Source: a virus. From it: a stretch of DNA of 64,000 bases. The stretch covers positions 1 through 64,000 of IMG/VR virus record IMGVR_UViG_3300002461_000401. One strand, 5' to 3'. The notes below the pieces were generated by a model. The model worked only from the letters and a program-made list of their open reading frames with translations. It searched no databases and had not been told where the DNA came from. Position numbers and translations under genes: made by a program. Shown here piece by piece: positions 28,801 through 37,640 of this stretch. Positions within the stretch are counted from its first letter, which is position 1, and each line of letters opens with the position of its first letter.

Positions 28801-30504
28801 GACCCCACCCACCGTGATCGTCTTGTACGGCGCAGCCCAGGTGCCATAGGGAACACCAGCCTGCTCCAGGCCGTAGTAGTTGCAGGAGCGCAGCAGGACC
28901 CCCTCACCGGAGGCATCACGCATGAGCGCGCCATCCGCCGAGAGATAGGTGAGCGCACCCTCAGCAGCTGCCTCAATGGTAGGCCGGCCGACCTGGCTGT
29001 TGGACGGAATGCCAGCCATCTGCAGGACCACGTTCTCGGACGTAACTGTGCCCTCGGTGATCACACCGTCGCTGATCGTCATGGTGATGGTTGTGACGTC
29101 GTCCGTCAGGACGCCATCACTGATGGTGACCACGATGTTCGACAGGCCGATGCCCGACAGAGGCACGCTCTTCGACAGGACATCGTCGTAGGAGATGCTG
29201 AGTGTGCCCGTGCGAAGACCCGTCTGGCTCGGGGTGAACACACCCACCAGAGTCCGGCTCTCACCAGGCTGCAGCACGATCGGGAAGATCGTCGGAACCG
29301 CAAGCTTGGGCCGGCCCACTCGAGATGTGGACACCATGCCGGCGATCGACAGGATCGTGGGCGGGATCGGAATCGTCGGGAAGCCAAGCTGAGCCGTGCT
29401 CTGGATCGAACCCATCGTCAGAGACAGGCTCAGATCGAGCGAGGGTTCACCCACCTCGAGCGTACTTTCCAGCCCCAGAGGAGACACGGTGTAGATCGAC
29501 CGGACCTCAGGCTCACCCATCACGCTGGTCTCAGGGATCCCTTCGAGGGTGATCTCCTGGGGAGGACCGATCACAGTCGGCAACCCCACAACGGAGCCAG
29601 AGGGAATGCCCTCTATCGAGAGGGTCTGGATGGTCCCGGGGGCGATGATCGTCGGATCACCCACGACAGCTGTGGGGGCGATGCCTTCGACCGTCAGAGC
29701 CAGGGAGGCAGCCACACTCGGTTCGCCCACGGCCGAGCCAGAAGCAATACCGCCCATCGTGATCGACAGGCTGGGAACGATGCTCGGCTGACCCACCGAG
29801 TTGGTGTTCGAGATGCCGCTCAGATTGACGGTCTGGTTTGTGGCCGAAGCAGTACCCTTGATGGCAACCAGACCCTGCTGAGCCGGAAGGGTACCGCCCG
29901 TGACGTTGGTCGCAGACGAGTAAGTGCCGGCTGCAGTCACAGAAGCAGTGGCAAACGCCTCCTTGAAGAAGGAGGTGACCGTTGGATCGGTGATGAAGTT
30001 GGAGAATGTCGCGCCTGTACCGGTGATGCTCGGGCCCGAACCGCCGTAGGAGCCAGCACCAGCAAGCAGGAGGATCTCACCACCAGCGGTCGTGACCGAC
30101 GAAGTGAGAGGTGTGGTTGTGCCGCTGTCCAGGTCGAACGCTTCGATCGGGGACGAAGCAGCACTGTTCTGGATGGCGATGACAGTGACGCTGCCTTGGT
30201 TCGTCACATAGGTGAGCCCAGGCGAGTTCACCACCACATTGGCTGTGGTCTGCGCCGGCGCGACGAGAGCGAACACCGCACCAGACATGACAGCAGTCGT
30301 CGGCCACGTCCCAAGCCGCGTCATGGCTACGCCATTGAAGCTCGCAGCCAGGTTCGCCGGCGACTCGTTCGAGTAGCCCCAGAAGTACACGAGCAGGAGC
30401 GAAGCCCCTGTCGCGTTGAAGGAGTTGACCGAATTGACCGGGTTTTGCGCCGAAGCGTCAAAGGTCGAGGATCGGAGTACACTCGGCGTCGGCATGACAT
30501 CCAC
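25882..30504 (-). CDS. giant multi-domain tail protein (N4 gp65/66 position): repeat region + GH5 + GH18-like + PL7-like lyase domain
   Basis: 1540 aa. About 10 GIxSxSxVGxPxV repeats (~29300-29820). GH5: GFNSIRL, FDLLNEPYN, SPHEYGHE, WIGEFGS (~27700-28960). GH18: LLSVGGSS, GFDGVDLDIE (~26690-27510). PL7-like: RCELRE, YFKAGAYSQ (~25885-26600). Confidence 0.75.
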   Translation of the reverse strand: MDVMPTPSVLRSSTFDASAQNPVNSVNSFNATGASLLLVYFWGYSNESPANLAASFNGVAMTRLGTWPTTAVMSGAVFALVAPAQTTANVVVNSPGLTYVTNQGSVTVIAIQNSAASSPIEAFDLDSGTTTPLTSSVTTAGGEILLLAGAGSYGGSGPSITGTGATFSNFITDPTVTSFFKEAFATASVTAAGTYSSATNVTGGTLPAQQGLVAIKGTASATNQTVNLSGISNTNSVGQPSIVPSLSITMGGIASGSAVGEPSVAASLALTVEGIAPTAVVGDPTIIAPGTIQTLSIEGIPSGSVVGLPTVIGPPQEITLEGIPETSVMGEPEVRSIYTVSPLGLESTLEVGEPSLDLSLSLTMGSIQSTAQLGFPTIPIPPTILSIAGMVSTSRVGRPKLAVPTIFPIVLQPGESRTLVGVFTPSQTGLRTGTLSISYDDVLSKSVPLSGIGLSNIVVTISDGVLTDDVTTITMTISDGVITEGTVTSENVVLQMAGIPSNSQVGRPTIEAAAEGALTYLSADGALMRDASGEGVLLRSCNYYGLEQAGVPYGTWAAPYKTITVGGVTQEGMLDKIKRLGFNSIRLLVSVDMTKTDSEGKFFTARTAPETPAWNSTFINADLNPDLVKSRDVMTGYIVPHDVITILDKLVDHCEAIGLRIIFDMHCLAADNSNINTTQGKWYTTATRFGAESGDRWTRWIDGARRNETSYIEAWKFYANRYKNRPVVCAFDLLNEPYNSTWSRNLDHGLVALYERVGKEIHAINPDVMLICEGSCTPPEDAWNFDETFTEGEKTWGSIWSGYLQKVRDPALRIGSAEPGIEPNKVAYSPHEYGHEAGPPNWFTKSLKGKSFPSNLFEVWRQQWGYLAEENIAPVWIGEFGSTWRVGDAGFTTEAKAMDQEWLHRLADYCHSRRIGTAFWGFVPDVIGGLVETDYVTERTDKLTGFLNRFFDPAPTPVEALPAPITGSGSSSPQSITVAGIASTSQVGQPSVSVPSLIPDRPVVVYFETWADPSVADGADSLMVTAMPSNVDVVNVSFAKPNLTYTAGSYNISDTGLNWSFGGLNLKQAVTALHARYPNIKVLLSVGGSSFATSTNWNSLNPTAIANLVADIGFDGVDLDIELPGVCTVTGGTISCTEDARYVSAVDSIRAVLPRPKILTMAAFGVGAYRVGQFTASQPEWSLGGDMVNFLGSASASKVDLIFVMGYDSTDVYNPQEAFTAYRALWSGPLVLGMAVHGGSEAPTSVFEIAANKAFLAADPKAGLGIWSFLGTPNTSSIPAGPLNPTPLQMLTAIGELSSTVETFTPARVLNIGVDAAQNHFELQMARTGDSGPKIYTMGNLMAGYTEDPYFKVTDVAGVKRVQMRVALDAPVLGSTTFARCELREVDKFGTNIAYNALVGTHEMSGKTKITHLPAADPEIIIAQLFNGDADRVCIRTQLISGVTKVLIRVNGTSTGLARIYEDYVMGTEFSWKIRVSGGVVTVFGNDMTTPLVTSSDLVATAGVNTWYFKAGAYSQATPASGGAGEYVAAELRDLVVSHS

Positions 30505-30573
30505 CCAGCCAGAAAGCGTTCATCAAGCCCTGAGCCAGGTGATCTGGCTCAGGGCATCAGCACAGCGACGGGC

Positions 30574-31023
30574 TCAGACGGCGAAGATCTTGGCCGCACC
30601 AGTGTCCCAGTTGATCAGCACATCGCCACCGTTGGTCACGACGGAGACGGCCGAACCGCCCGAGACGGTGTCGATGAAGGCCACCAGGCGGGACGTGCTC
30701 GGCGTGCCGGTGTCGAGGAACAGCACCAGGGCATTGGCCGTATTGCCGGCCGCAACGCCGGCGAAGGTGACCGAAGCCGCATTCAGCACGCCATTGGTGA
30801 CGGTCTTGGAGGCCAGGGTCTGAGCCGTGCCCACCGTGTTCGCGCCCACATCGGACAGGAACTCGTGAGCCGCCGAATAGGCGTAGGGGGCCTTGACCAT
30901 GATGGCCTTGAGCGTCACCGCGGTCGGAGCGGCACCGGTGCCGGAGCCGATGTAGTTGTTGACCAGGTCCACGCCCGGGGAGAGCATCGCCTGCTTGAAC
31001 TTGGGGAAGATGAGGTTGGCCAT
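30574..31023 (-). CDS. hypothetical tail-module protein
   Basis: 149-aa ORF, Ala/Gly/Thr/Val-rich, immediately upstream of the giant tail protein gene. Confidence 0.45.
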   Translation of the reverse strand: MANLIFPKFKQAMLSPGVDLVNNYIGSGTGAAPTAVTLKAIMVKAPYAYSAAHEFLSDVGANTVGTAQTLASKTVTNGVLNAASVTFAGVAAGNTANALVLFLDTGTPSTSRLVAFIDTVSGGSAVSVVTNGGDVLINWDTGAAKIFAV

Positions 31024-31046
31024 GGAAGTGTTCCTTCAGGTATAGT

Positions 31047-31298
31047 TCAGGGATTCACCGAGAAATCAGTGACGCTGCCGGTGATATCCAGACCTGTGAT
31101 GGTGATTGGAACATCGCCAATATTTGTGAGAACCAGTGTTGTCTCACTGGAAGCGCCGAGCTGTGTGTCAGGGAAGGTCAGCGTGATCTTGCTGAGCTCC
31201 AACCCTTCTTCTTTGTTCAGGTACACCCGGCTCGAGTGATGCTTCACCGGCCGGGCCGTGATGAAGGTCTCGAACGGGATGAAGGTGAACTGAGCCAT
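31047..31298 (-). CDS. small Ig-like/beta-sandwich protein
   Basis: 83 aa. TLVLTNIGDVPITITGLDITGS resembles ASH/choice-of-anchor-type Ig folds. Confidence 0.4.
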   Translation of the reverse strand: MAQFTFIPFETFITARPVKHHSSRVYLNKEEGLELSKITLTFPDTQLGASSETTLVLTNIGDVPITITGLDITGSVTDFSVNP

Positions 31299-31303
31299 GG
31301 GGA

Positions 31304-31726
31304 TCAGCTCTCGTAGGACAGCCGGCAGCGGATCTCGGCGTTGGCCATCGCAACCGGAGCCATGGTGAAGAGAGTCACCCGCACGAAGCCGTTGACGATC
31401 GCCGCGGCAAACAGACCGGAGGCATCCCCATAGACGTCGCCGGTGGCTGTCACGATCATGACGCTGATGCTGCGGATATTCGCCGGCGTCACAGTCGCAG
31501 GCAGATCGAGCTCGACCGTGGAACCCAGGGATCCCGTCGAACCGCCGACCATCAGGTACTTCTCGGGCTGGGCCGAAGCCAGAGCCACGATGGCCTGCAT
31601 GTTCCCAGCCACATACTTGATCGCCGGCAGCTCACGCTGGACAGCTCGCACGACGTCGAAGGCTGTACCGATCAGCTTGTCCACCAGGCCGGCGTTGCCG
31701 CCGTAGGGGTCATTCACTGTTCGCAT
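31304..31726 (-). CDS. hypothetical tail-module protein
   Basis: 140-aa ORF whose stop/start overlaps the upstream gene by 1 nt. Confidence 0.45.
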   Translation of the reverse strand: MRTVNDPYGGNAGLVDKLIGTAFDVVRAVQRELPAIKYVAGNMQAIVALASAQPEKYLMVGGSTGSLGSTVELDLPATVTPANIRSISVMIVTATGDVYGDASGLFAAAIVNGFVRVTLFTMAPVAMANAEIRCRLSYES

Positions 31727-32436
31727 CAGACAAACCCCCTCTCGCGGAACTTGACATCGGACGATGAGATGCTCGTACCCACCAAGTCCTTCTCGACTGC
31801 GCTCTGAATGATCGAAGCGTAGTTCAGTCGATGCTCAGTAGCCTTGGCCGTACTGACCGCCGTGTTCATGTGACTGAACACCTTATATGCGACGTATGCT
31901 CGCAGAGCTTCCTCAAGAATATCTGGAATCTCGACTTCTTCATCCAAATCACCCTGAATCTTCGGGTGCTTGGCTTGATAGAGGATGCTCAGTGTCTGGT
32001 TGTGGGTCGGCCAGGGGACCTGCAGTACTTTGGCTTGGGGCGTGAACACCGAGTACACGGCGTTGCTGTCGTTCAGCTTCAGCTGCACACCGCTGGAGTC
32101 GAAGACCTTCAGGACCCGAACGACATCGTCCGTGAAGGGCTCCTGATTCAGATCCAGGATGTACCGGAAGGTCTCGCTCTCGGCCGGCGACGCAGGGACG
32201 TAGTTCTCGGCGAACCGCGGGATCAGGTGGTAGTTCGTGATGTGTTCCTGCATCAGGATCACCAGATCCTTCTGCTTGAGCACCAGATCCGTGAAGAGTT
32301 TCAGCAGAGCGTCGTTCACATACCCCACAACGGTCGGCTGCCCGGCTGTCGTGATGGTCCCGTCGCCGTCATTGGCGATCGCCAGGTTGCGAAGCTCTTG
32401 GAAGGAGAGCTGAGCGAAGAGATCTTGGAGCTTCAT
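31726..32436 (-). CDS. virion protein, positional analog of N4 gp67
   Basis: 236 aa, directly downstream of the large terminase gene as in N4. Confidence 0.5.
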   Translation of the reverse strand: MKLQDLFAQLSFQELRNLAIANDGDGTITTAGQPTVVGYVNDALLKLFTDLVLKQKDLVILMQEHITNYHLIPRFAENYVPASPAESETFRYILDLNQEPFTDDVVRVLKVFDSSGVQLKLNDSNAVYSVFTPQAKVLQVPWPTHNQTLSILYQAKHPKIQGDLDEEVEIPDILEEALRAYVAYKVFSHMNTAVSTAKATEHRLNYASIIQSAVEKDLVGTSISSSDVKFRERGFV

Positions 32437-32477
32437 GGGACACCTCTTGCGCTCAGCGGCGCGGAGTGCGGTTCAAG

Positions 32478-34208
32478 TTAGGCGGTGTAGGATTCTAGGC
32501 GGTGGGTGTTGCTCGGTCCCTCATCTTCATCATCGAAGAGAGGACCACCGTTGTGACCCATGAGAGGTGATGCCGCGCTCGGCTTCCAAGGCTGGAGGTA
32601 CCCAAGCATGGATATCGTATCGAGGCAGTCGTCCTTGCCCTTGAGCCCCATGATCGTCGCCAGCTGCATCTGGCCCACGAAGCGACCCATGATGACCGAG
32701 GTCTTGAGCTCCTCGGGGAAGTGCATCATGCCGGACTTGAACCAAGGAACTACGAGATTCAGGCGGGCGAGCTTGTCCGTCAGAGGACGAATGCCAGGCT
32801 CACCGGACTTCTCCGAGCTGGCGAAGTTGAACCAGATGTTCCGGTTCATCATCTCGTTTTGCAGGAGCTTCACATAGGCCTGCTGCTGGCCGGAGACCTC
32901 GAGGCCCACCTGCTGCGGCGAGTAGAGCTGAACCAGGCGGAACAGATCGTTGAAGCTCTTGTCGATCGTCTGGCGCTCGGCGATGCCGTCCACCCAGAAC
33001 CACTGACCGATGTGGTTGTAGGCCCAGACCGAGATGACGCTGTAGTCGGCGTGCTTCTTCTCCGACGTGGCCAAGTCCGTCGTAATGTAGAAGTTGAACG
33101 AGCCCCGGTTGGCCAGGAGCCGCTTGCGCGAATACCAGCGGATCTCGGAGTCCAGGATCAGACGATCAGCTTCCGAGGTCAGACGCAGCATGAGCTCCTG
33201 GTTGAAGCCGGCGAGCTTCCCGAGCAGGACAGCCCGATCGTACATCTCCTTGACGAACTGGTAGGAGAACCGATCCGGCCAGGCCCCGACGAAGTCCTTC
33301 TCCTCGCAGGGGAACTTCTCGCAGACAGGCCAGACGTTGACGTCCCAGGCACCGGACTCCACCGCCTCGATGAGGATGTCGTCCTTGTTGAAGGGAGTGC
33401 CGTTGAAGATGACCTTGCGCTTCACTGGGTCCAGCGCGTGCTCGACACCCTTGTACACCGTGTCCTTGATGCTGCTCATGGCCGTCAGAGACCGGGCGTC
33501 ATCGTCCGAAACCAGGTCATCGAGCACTGCCAGCTGCGGCCGCTTGCCGTCGATCTTGGTACCGCGGAGACCCGTCTTGGCACCGAACATCTTCACCGTG
33601 AGACGATTGCCGTCCTTGGATCGGAAGAAGAGCTCCTTGTCGGTGAAGACCGCCTCGACGATCCACTCCTTGAGGAACTCCGAGCTGTTGTACCGGAACT
33701 CGATGTTCTTCCGGGCGGACTTCACCCCGTTCTCCATCGAGTCAGAGACGTAGATCATCCCTGTGATCTGCCCGAACCCAGGCAGATACCCGAACACCGC
33801 CAGGAAGAGCGTGAGGTACTCGATGAAGAGGGTGGTCTTGCCGGAACCGCGGAAGCAGAGATTGGCGATGTAGGATCGCTTCCCACCTTGAGCCAGCTTA
33901 TCCAGCATCTTCAGGTGGACTGGGGGTGTCTTGTGGCTCTCGCCCTCGGCCCCGTTCACCAGCTTGATGAAGTTCATATAGGTGAGCGCGAACTCGCTCG
34001 GGACATAGGAAGAAGTGTTCAGCTCCCGGTAGTCCACGCCATCGAGCCACTCATCCAGCTCCATCTTCAGACGTTGCTTGGGCTCTTGAGCCAGGAGAGC
34101 AGGCACAGGTGTGCTGGCAGCCACTGCGACATTGAACGCAGCGACTGGAGGCAAAGGGGGAGGTGTCACCCCTGCCATGGCCGGCTGTGTGAACAGGCCG
34201 CTACTCAC
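32478..34208 (-). CDS. terminase large subunit (N4 gp68-like)
   Basis: 576 aa. Walker A-like CFRGSGKTTL, Walker B-like LAVLDDLVSDD, C-terminal nuclease-type ITTDLATSEKKHADYSVISVWA. Confidence 0.85.
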   Translation of the reverse strand: MSSGLFTQPAMAGVTPPPLPPVAAFNVAVAASTPVPALLAQEPKQRLKMELDEWLDGVDYRELNTSSYVPSEFALTYMNFIKLVNGAEGESHKTPPVHLKMLDKLAQGGKRSYIANLCFRGSGKTTLFIEYLTLFLAVFGYLPGFGQITGMIYVSDSMENGVKSARKNIEFRYNSSEFLKEWIVEAVFTDKELFFRSKDGNRLTVKMFGAKTGLRGTKIDGKRPQLAVLDDLVSDDDARSLTAMSSIKDTVYKGVEHALDPVKRKVIFNGTPFNKDDILIEAVESGAWDVNVWPVCEKFPCEEKDFVGAWPDRFSYQFVKEMYDRAVLLGKLAGFNQELMLRLTSEADRLILDSEIRWYSRKRLLANRGSFNFYITTDLATSEKKHADYSVISVWAYNHIGQWFWVDGIAERQTIDKSFNDLFRLVQLYSPQQVGLEVSGQQQAYVKLLQNEMMNRNIWFNFASSEKSGEPGIRPLTDKLARLNLVVPWFKSGMMHFPEELKTSVIMGRFVGQMQLATIMGLKGKDDCLDTISMLGYLQPWKPSAASPLMGHNGGPLFDDEDEGPSNTHRLESYTA

Positions 34209-34891
34209 GGCTCTTCTGCCTTCTCGACTTCCACGTCGATGACCCGCTGAGCAGCAATCAACGCCGGCGACATCCCGTTCTGGATGGCAGCCTGCTGTTG
34301 CTGAGCCAAGCTGGACAGCATGTTCTTCAGCTCAGTGATGCCCGCGGTGTCCGGCATGTTGAGGTTCACCAAGGGCCCGACCTCTTTGGGCTTGGCCAGG
34401 TGAGTCAGGATGGAGTTGGCTGCGTCCGACCGAACCTTCTCAGAATTGGCCGTGAGCATGAGCTCAGCCTGGACGTTGATGGCTTTCTGGTAGATGTCCT
34501 GGTTCAGCACCCAGCTCGGGACCAGGCTCTGCTCCATGATGAGGTTCACCAGCTTGCCGCGGTGATACGCCGCGACATAGGCCGAGATGTCCTTGTTGCT
34601 GGTGCCCTTGGCCATCAGCGCCTGGTGGCGTGCCGGAAAGGTCCGGAAGTAGGCCTCCTGGTTCGACAGCCCCATGAGCTTGTGGCTCACATAAACGACA
34701 GCGTGCAGGTAGTCCTCGGTCTTGAACTTCCCCTCCTGCAGGACGCGCGAGTAGGAGACGAAGTTGTTCCGAACCTGCTCAGCGATCAAGGGATCCGACA
34801 CGATGCTGTTCACCTGCGCGACGAACGCAGGTGTTGCGGCAGACTTGAGATTGGCCGGCAGTGCCTGGGCCACCTGATCCTGGGTGAGCAT
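34205..34891 (-). CDS. putative terminase small subunit (N4 gp69 position)
   Basis: 228 aa. Its stop overlaps the large terminase start by 4 nt. No catalytic motif; call is positional. Confidence 0.45.
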   Translation of the reverse strand: MLTQDQVAQALPANLKSAATPAFVAQVNSIVSDPLIAEQVRNNFVSYSRVLQEGKFKTEDYLHAVVYVSHKLMGLSNQEAYFRTFPARHQALMAKGTSNKDISAYVAAYHRGKLVNLIMEQSLVPSWVLNQDIYQKAINVQAELMLTANSEKVRSDAANSILTHLAKPKEVGPLVNLNMPDTAGITELKNMLSSLAQQQQAAIQNGMSPALIAAQRVIDVEVEKAEEP

Positions 34892-34897
34892 GGCACA

Positions 34898-35434
34898 TCA
34901 ATCCGTGGTATTGACCGCGGCCGAATCCCGGAACACCACGCCGGCTACACCTAGAGCCTTGCCGAAGTACGACGATTCCTTCTTGATCTTGTCCTGACGG
35001 AGCAGCAGCTCCAGGCGAGCCAGAGCATTCCAGGCCTCGTGGGCTGCGTGACGGAGACCTGTATCCCTATCGCACTCTTCGCCGGCCATCTCAGCGAACT
35101 GGTGCCGCATCTTGGCGTCGTTGTACCGCTCGATGCCGTTCTTTACGTGCATCCAGCCGTTGTCGGTGTACTTGTTCGCGCCGTAGGTCCCGACCTTGCT
35201 CACTTCCATCAGAGCCAGGGAGAACCCACCCAGAACCAGGGAAGGACGAACCTTGCCGGCGTCCAGCTTGGCACCCTTGGCGTGGGGATCCAGGCCAGAA
35301 GGATCACGCTCGCTCAGGATCGGGTTGAGGAGTCCGACGACGCCCTGACGAACCAGGGGAGCGATCGGGGCAAGCGGAACAGCACCTTGAAAGATCTGGG
35401 GCTTGTTGCGGTCTTCTATGCGATCGAGGGACAT
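34898..35434 (-). CDS. DUF5664-type dATP/dGTP diphosphohydrolase-like protein (all-alpha NTP-PPase fold)
   Basis: 178 aa. KGAKLDAGKVRPSLVLGGFSLALMEVSKVGTYGANKYTDNGW...RYNDAKMRH...DRDTGLRHAAHEAWNALARLEL matches my recollection of the family pattern. Confidence 0.65.
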   Translation of the reverse strand: MSLDRIEDRNKPQIFQGAVPLAPIAPLVRQGVVGLLNPILSERDPSGLDPHAKGAKLDAGKVRPSLVLGGFSLALMEVSKVGTYGANKYTDNGWMHVKNGIERYNDAKMRHQFAEMAGEECDRDTGLRHAAHEAWNALARLELLLRQDKIKKESSYFGKALGVAGVVFRDSAAVNTTD

Positions 35435-35436
35435 GA

Positions 35437-36648
35437 TCAGGCGCTCGCTTTCTGGGAATTGACGTTGACGCGCGAGCGCGAGACTTCGCCCCGCTCCGCG
35501 TGGATGGTGATGGCTTGGACGGATTGGCCGGAGCGCCAGCCACCAGCGGTGGCGTAGGCATCCCGAGAGGCGAGAGTCTGGAAGCTCTCGACACGCACGC
35601 CGGCCTTCTCGACCGCGCGCTCATGGTGGATGTGTCCGGTGAAGAACATCCGGAACTGGGTCTCGCCCCAGTCCTGGGCCCGGTCACAGGCCATCATGCC
35701 CGGGAGGTCCACCTGCTTGATGGTGTGCCCATGCGTGGCACCCACCAGGTTCTTCCCGAACCGCTTGTACCAGGCGATCTTGGGGGAGTTCTCCACGACC
35801 ACCCGATCATGACCGCGGTAGTAGAGGCGAAGCGCCACCCGCAGCGCGTCGGCCACCGTGGGATCATGGTTCCCCGGGAGGCACACGATCTCCACCTGCT
35901 TGTGCCGGGTGAGCATCATGGTGATCAGCTCGAGCAGCAGATCAGCGCCGGCCTCCAGGACACGAGCGTGCCGGCCGTCCACATCCAGCTGATGACCGTG
36001 ACCAGGCGTCACGTTCTTCTGGTCGTTGGCGTGGAAGAAGTCGCCGAGGTTGACCAGCGTGGCCGTTCGGCTCGGAGGAGCCAGGGAGACCAGGCTCTGG
36101 TAGGCCAGCTTGGCTCGCTTGGTGGCGATCTCGACGTCGTAGTCGTCACCCGTCTCCCGACCCCAGGAGTACATCCCCATGTGCAGGTCAGCGAGGGGAT
36201 AGAAGGTGTGGATCTCTTCGTTGGTGAACTCAGGGGCGGGAACCACGGGAGCCAGGCCGGTGAACTTCTCGATCGCCGCAGTCATGGCATCGACCAGGCC
36301 GGCACTGACCAGATCCTCGCGGGTCTTCACCCACTTCATGGTCACGTTGCCTGCAGCATCCGTGAGCACGCTCTCGCCCTTGACCACATGACCCTTGGGG
36401 ACTTCGTGCTTCGCGCCCGGGGCTGGCTTGGTCCGGATGGTCTGGCGAACCAGGTTCCCATCCTTGTCGAAGGTCTGGGTGTCGCCGGCGACCTCGAAGC
36501 CCTGAGTGGGCACAGCCACCTTTGCTGCACCGATACGACAGCGAAGAGTCGATCGGGCCATGCCCAGCTCACGCGCCGCGGCGGAAGCTGAACCAAGGCG
36601 CTCATAGACCTCGATGATCTCTTCGGTCGTGGGAGTCGGGCGCTTCAT
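35437..36648 (-). CDS. HTH domain + calcineurin-like metallophosphoesterase
   Basis: 403 aa. N-terminal HTH (SASAAARELGMARSTLRCRI). MPP motifs: DLHMG, GDFFHAND, GNHD, THGH, GHIHH. Confidence 0.75.
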   Translation of the reverse strand: MKRPTPTTEEIIEVYERLGSASAAARELGMARSTLRCRIGAAKVAVPTQGFEVAGDTQTFDKDGNLVRQTIRTKPAPGAKHEVPKGHVVKGESVLTDAAGNVTMKWVKTREDLVSAGLVDAMTAAIEKFTGLAPVVPAPEFTNEEIHTFYPLADLHMGMYSWGRETGDDYDVEIATKRAKLAYQSLVSLAPPSRTATLVNLGDFFHANDQKNVTPGHGHQLDVDGRHARVLEAGADLLLELITMMLTRHKQVEIVCLPGNHDPTVADALRVALRLYYRGHDRVVVENSPKIAWYKRFGKNLVGATHGHTIKQVDLPGMMACDRAQDWGETQFRMFFTGHIHHERAVEKAGVRVESFQTLASRDAYATAGGWRSGQSVQAITIHAERGEVSRSRVNVNSQKASA

Positions 36649-37019
36649 TGGTGCTGCGCCTGGGACAGCTGGGTCCGAAGGGCGAAGCCGAGCAAGGGCC
36701 AGATCTGGTCCACGGCGTTCTTGCGGGCGATGGCCTGGCCGATCTCGGGCTTGTAGTTGGCCGGATCAGCACAGGCGCTCTTGCCGAGGACGGTGAAGCC
36801 GTTGGCCAGGACCATCACGCAGATGGTGAGGAGGCCGAGCTCGTCGGGCTGGTTGAACCTCTCATAGGGAGTGGCCGGCACACCATCCGAACTCAGCGCG
36901 CCGAGGACGCCGTCCTTGGCCGTGAAGTAGTGCTCGGACTTGATGTAAGCCTCGACCTGGTCTTGGGTGACTCGCGGTGCAACCGCGACTTCCTTCAACA
37001 TATCCTCAGTAATGTCCAT
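36645..37019 (-). CDS. N4 Gp49 / Sf6 gene 66 family protein
   Basis: 124 aa. LTICVMVLANGFTVLGKSACADPANYKPEIGQAIARKNAVDQIWPLLGFAL fits the family core as I recall it. First gene of the minus-strand block. Confidence 0.65.
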   Translation of the reverse strand: MDITEDMLKEVAVAPRVTQDQVEAYIKSEHYFTAKDGVLGALSSDGVPATPYERFNQPDELGLLTICVMVLANGFTVLGKSACADPANYKPEIGQAIARKNAVDQIWPLLGFALRTQLSQAQHQ

Positions 37020-37608
37020 GACGATTTACACCCTCAGCGAGTACGGATTGGCTTTAGGTGATGTATCGCGCTGAAGGTGTACTCGGTAAGTCTAAATCGA
37101 ATTGACTTTCCTACCAATCGTCCTCATTCAGGACTGGCCGGCCGATCCTGAGAGACACCCGGTTGCTTCCGTAGGGTGGGGGAAGCATGGAGCGAGAGGG
37201 CTGATCCCTGACTACGTCGCACTACGCGATGGCATCACATAGGTTGATCGCCCTCTCCCTCCTCTTGCCTTCGAATTGGTTGCGACAAGCCCACCCAATT
37301 TTTTTCTCAACTTATCTCGAATATTCCGCTTGCATCCCGATTCTCAAGATGAGAAGTAGGTCGAGTCAGACGGAAGGCCCAGCCACCCAAGCGAGACCCA
37401 CTAGGCATCAGCCCGGTGGATCTTTGGTTTCTACGCAGACTCAGTACGACTTTAGGTCAACAAACTTCAACTCTGACTAGCCACATAGCTTTTCTGGTTT
37501 TAGGGGTGTACCCACTGAAGCGCGCGGCCAATCAAATCCCATCACCCCACCGGGGACTTTCTCTTCTCTCTCTTTTCTAAGAGGAGAATTGATAGGAGGG
37601 GGAGTGTA

Positions 37609-37640
37609 ATCTGAACCAGGGTAAGAACCCTGGTTCAGAT
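37609..37640. promoter_or_regulatory. perfect 14-bp inverted repeat with 4-nt loop in the divergent non-coding hub
   Basis: ATCTGAACCAGGGT (37609-37622) aaga ACCCTGGTTCAGAT (37627-37640). No flanking T-run on either strand. Confidence 0.6.

Noticed and set aside
27283-31239. 1318-aa plus-strand ORF. Similar long ORFs antisense to real genes include 26..745, 1343..2278, 2486..3937, 3986..6094, 6600..8594, 9960..10874, 13336..14607, 16143..17972, 21004..22536, 24671..25960, 32721..34250, 35500..36591, 50189..50608, 51013..51678, 52164..52808, 58297..59157, 60451..61248 and 61324..63357.
   Set aside because: Each lies antisense to a gene with clear motifs. Their translations are Arg/Gly/His/Leu/Val-rich and low-complexity, with no motifs. 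They are explained by the sense strand avoiding TTA/CTA/TCA codons, which are the complements of stop codons and therefore leave antisense frames open.
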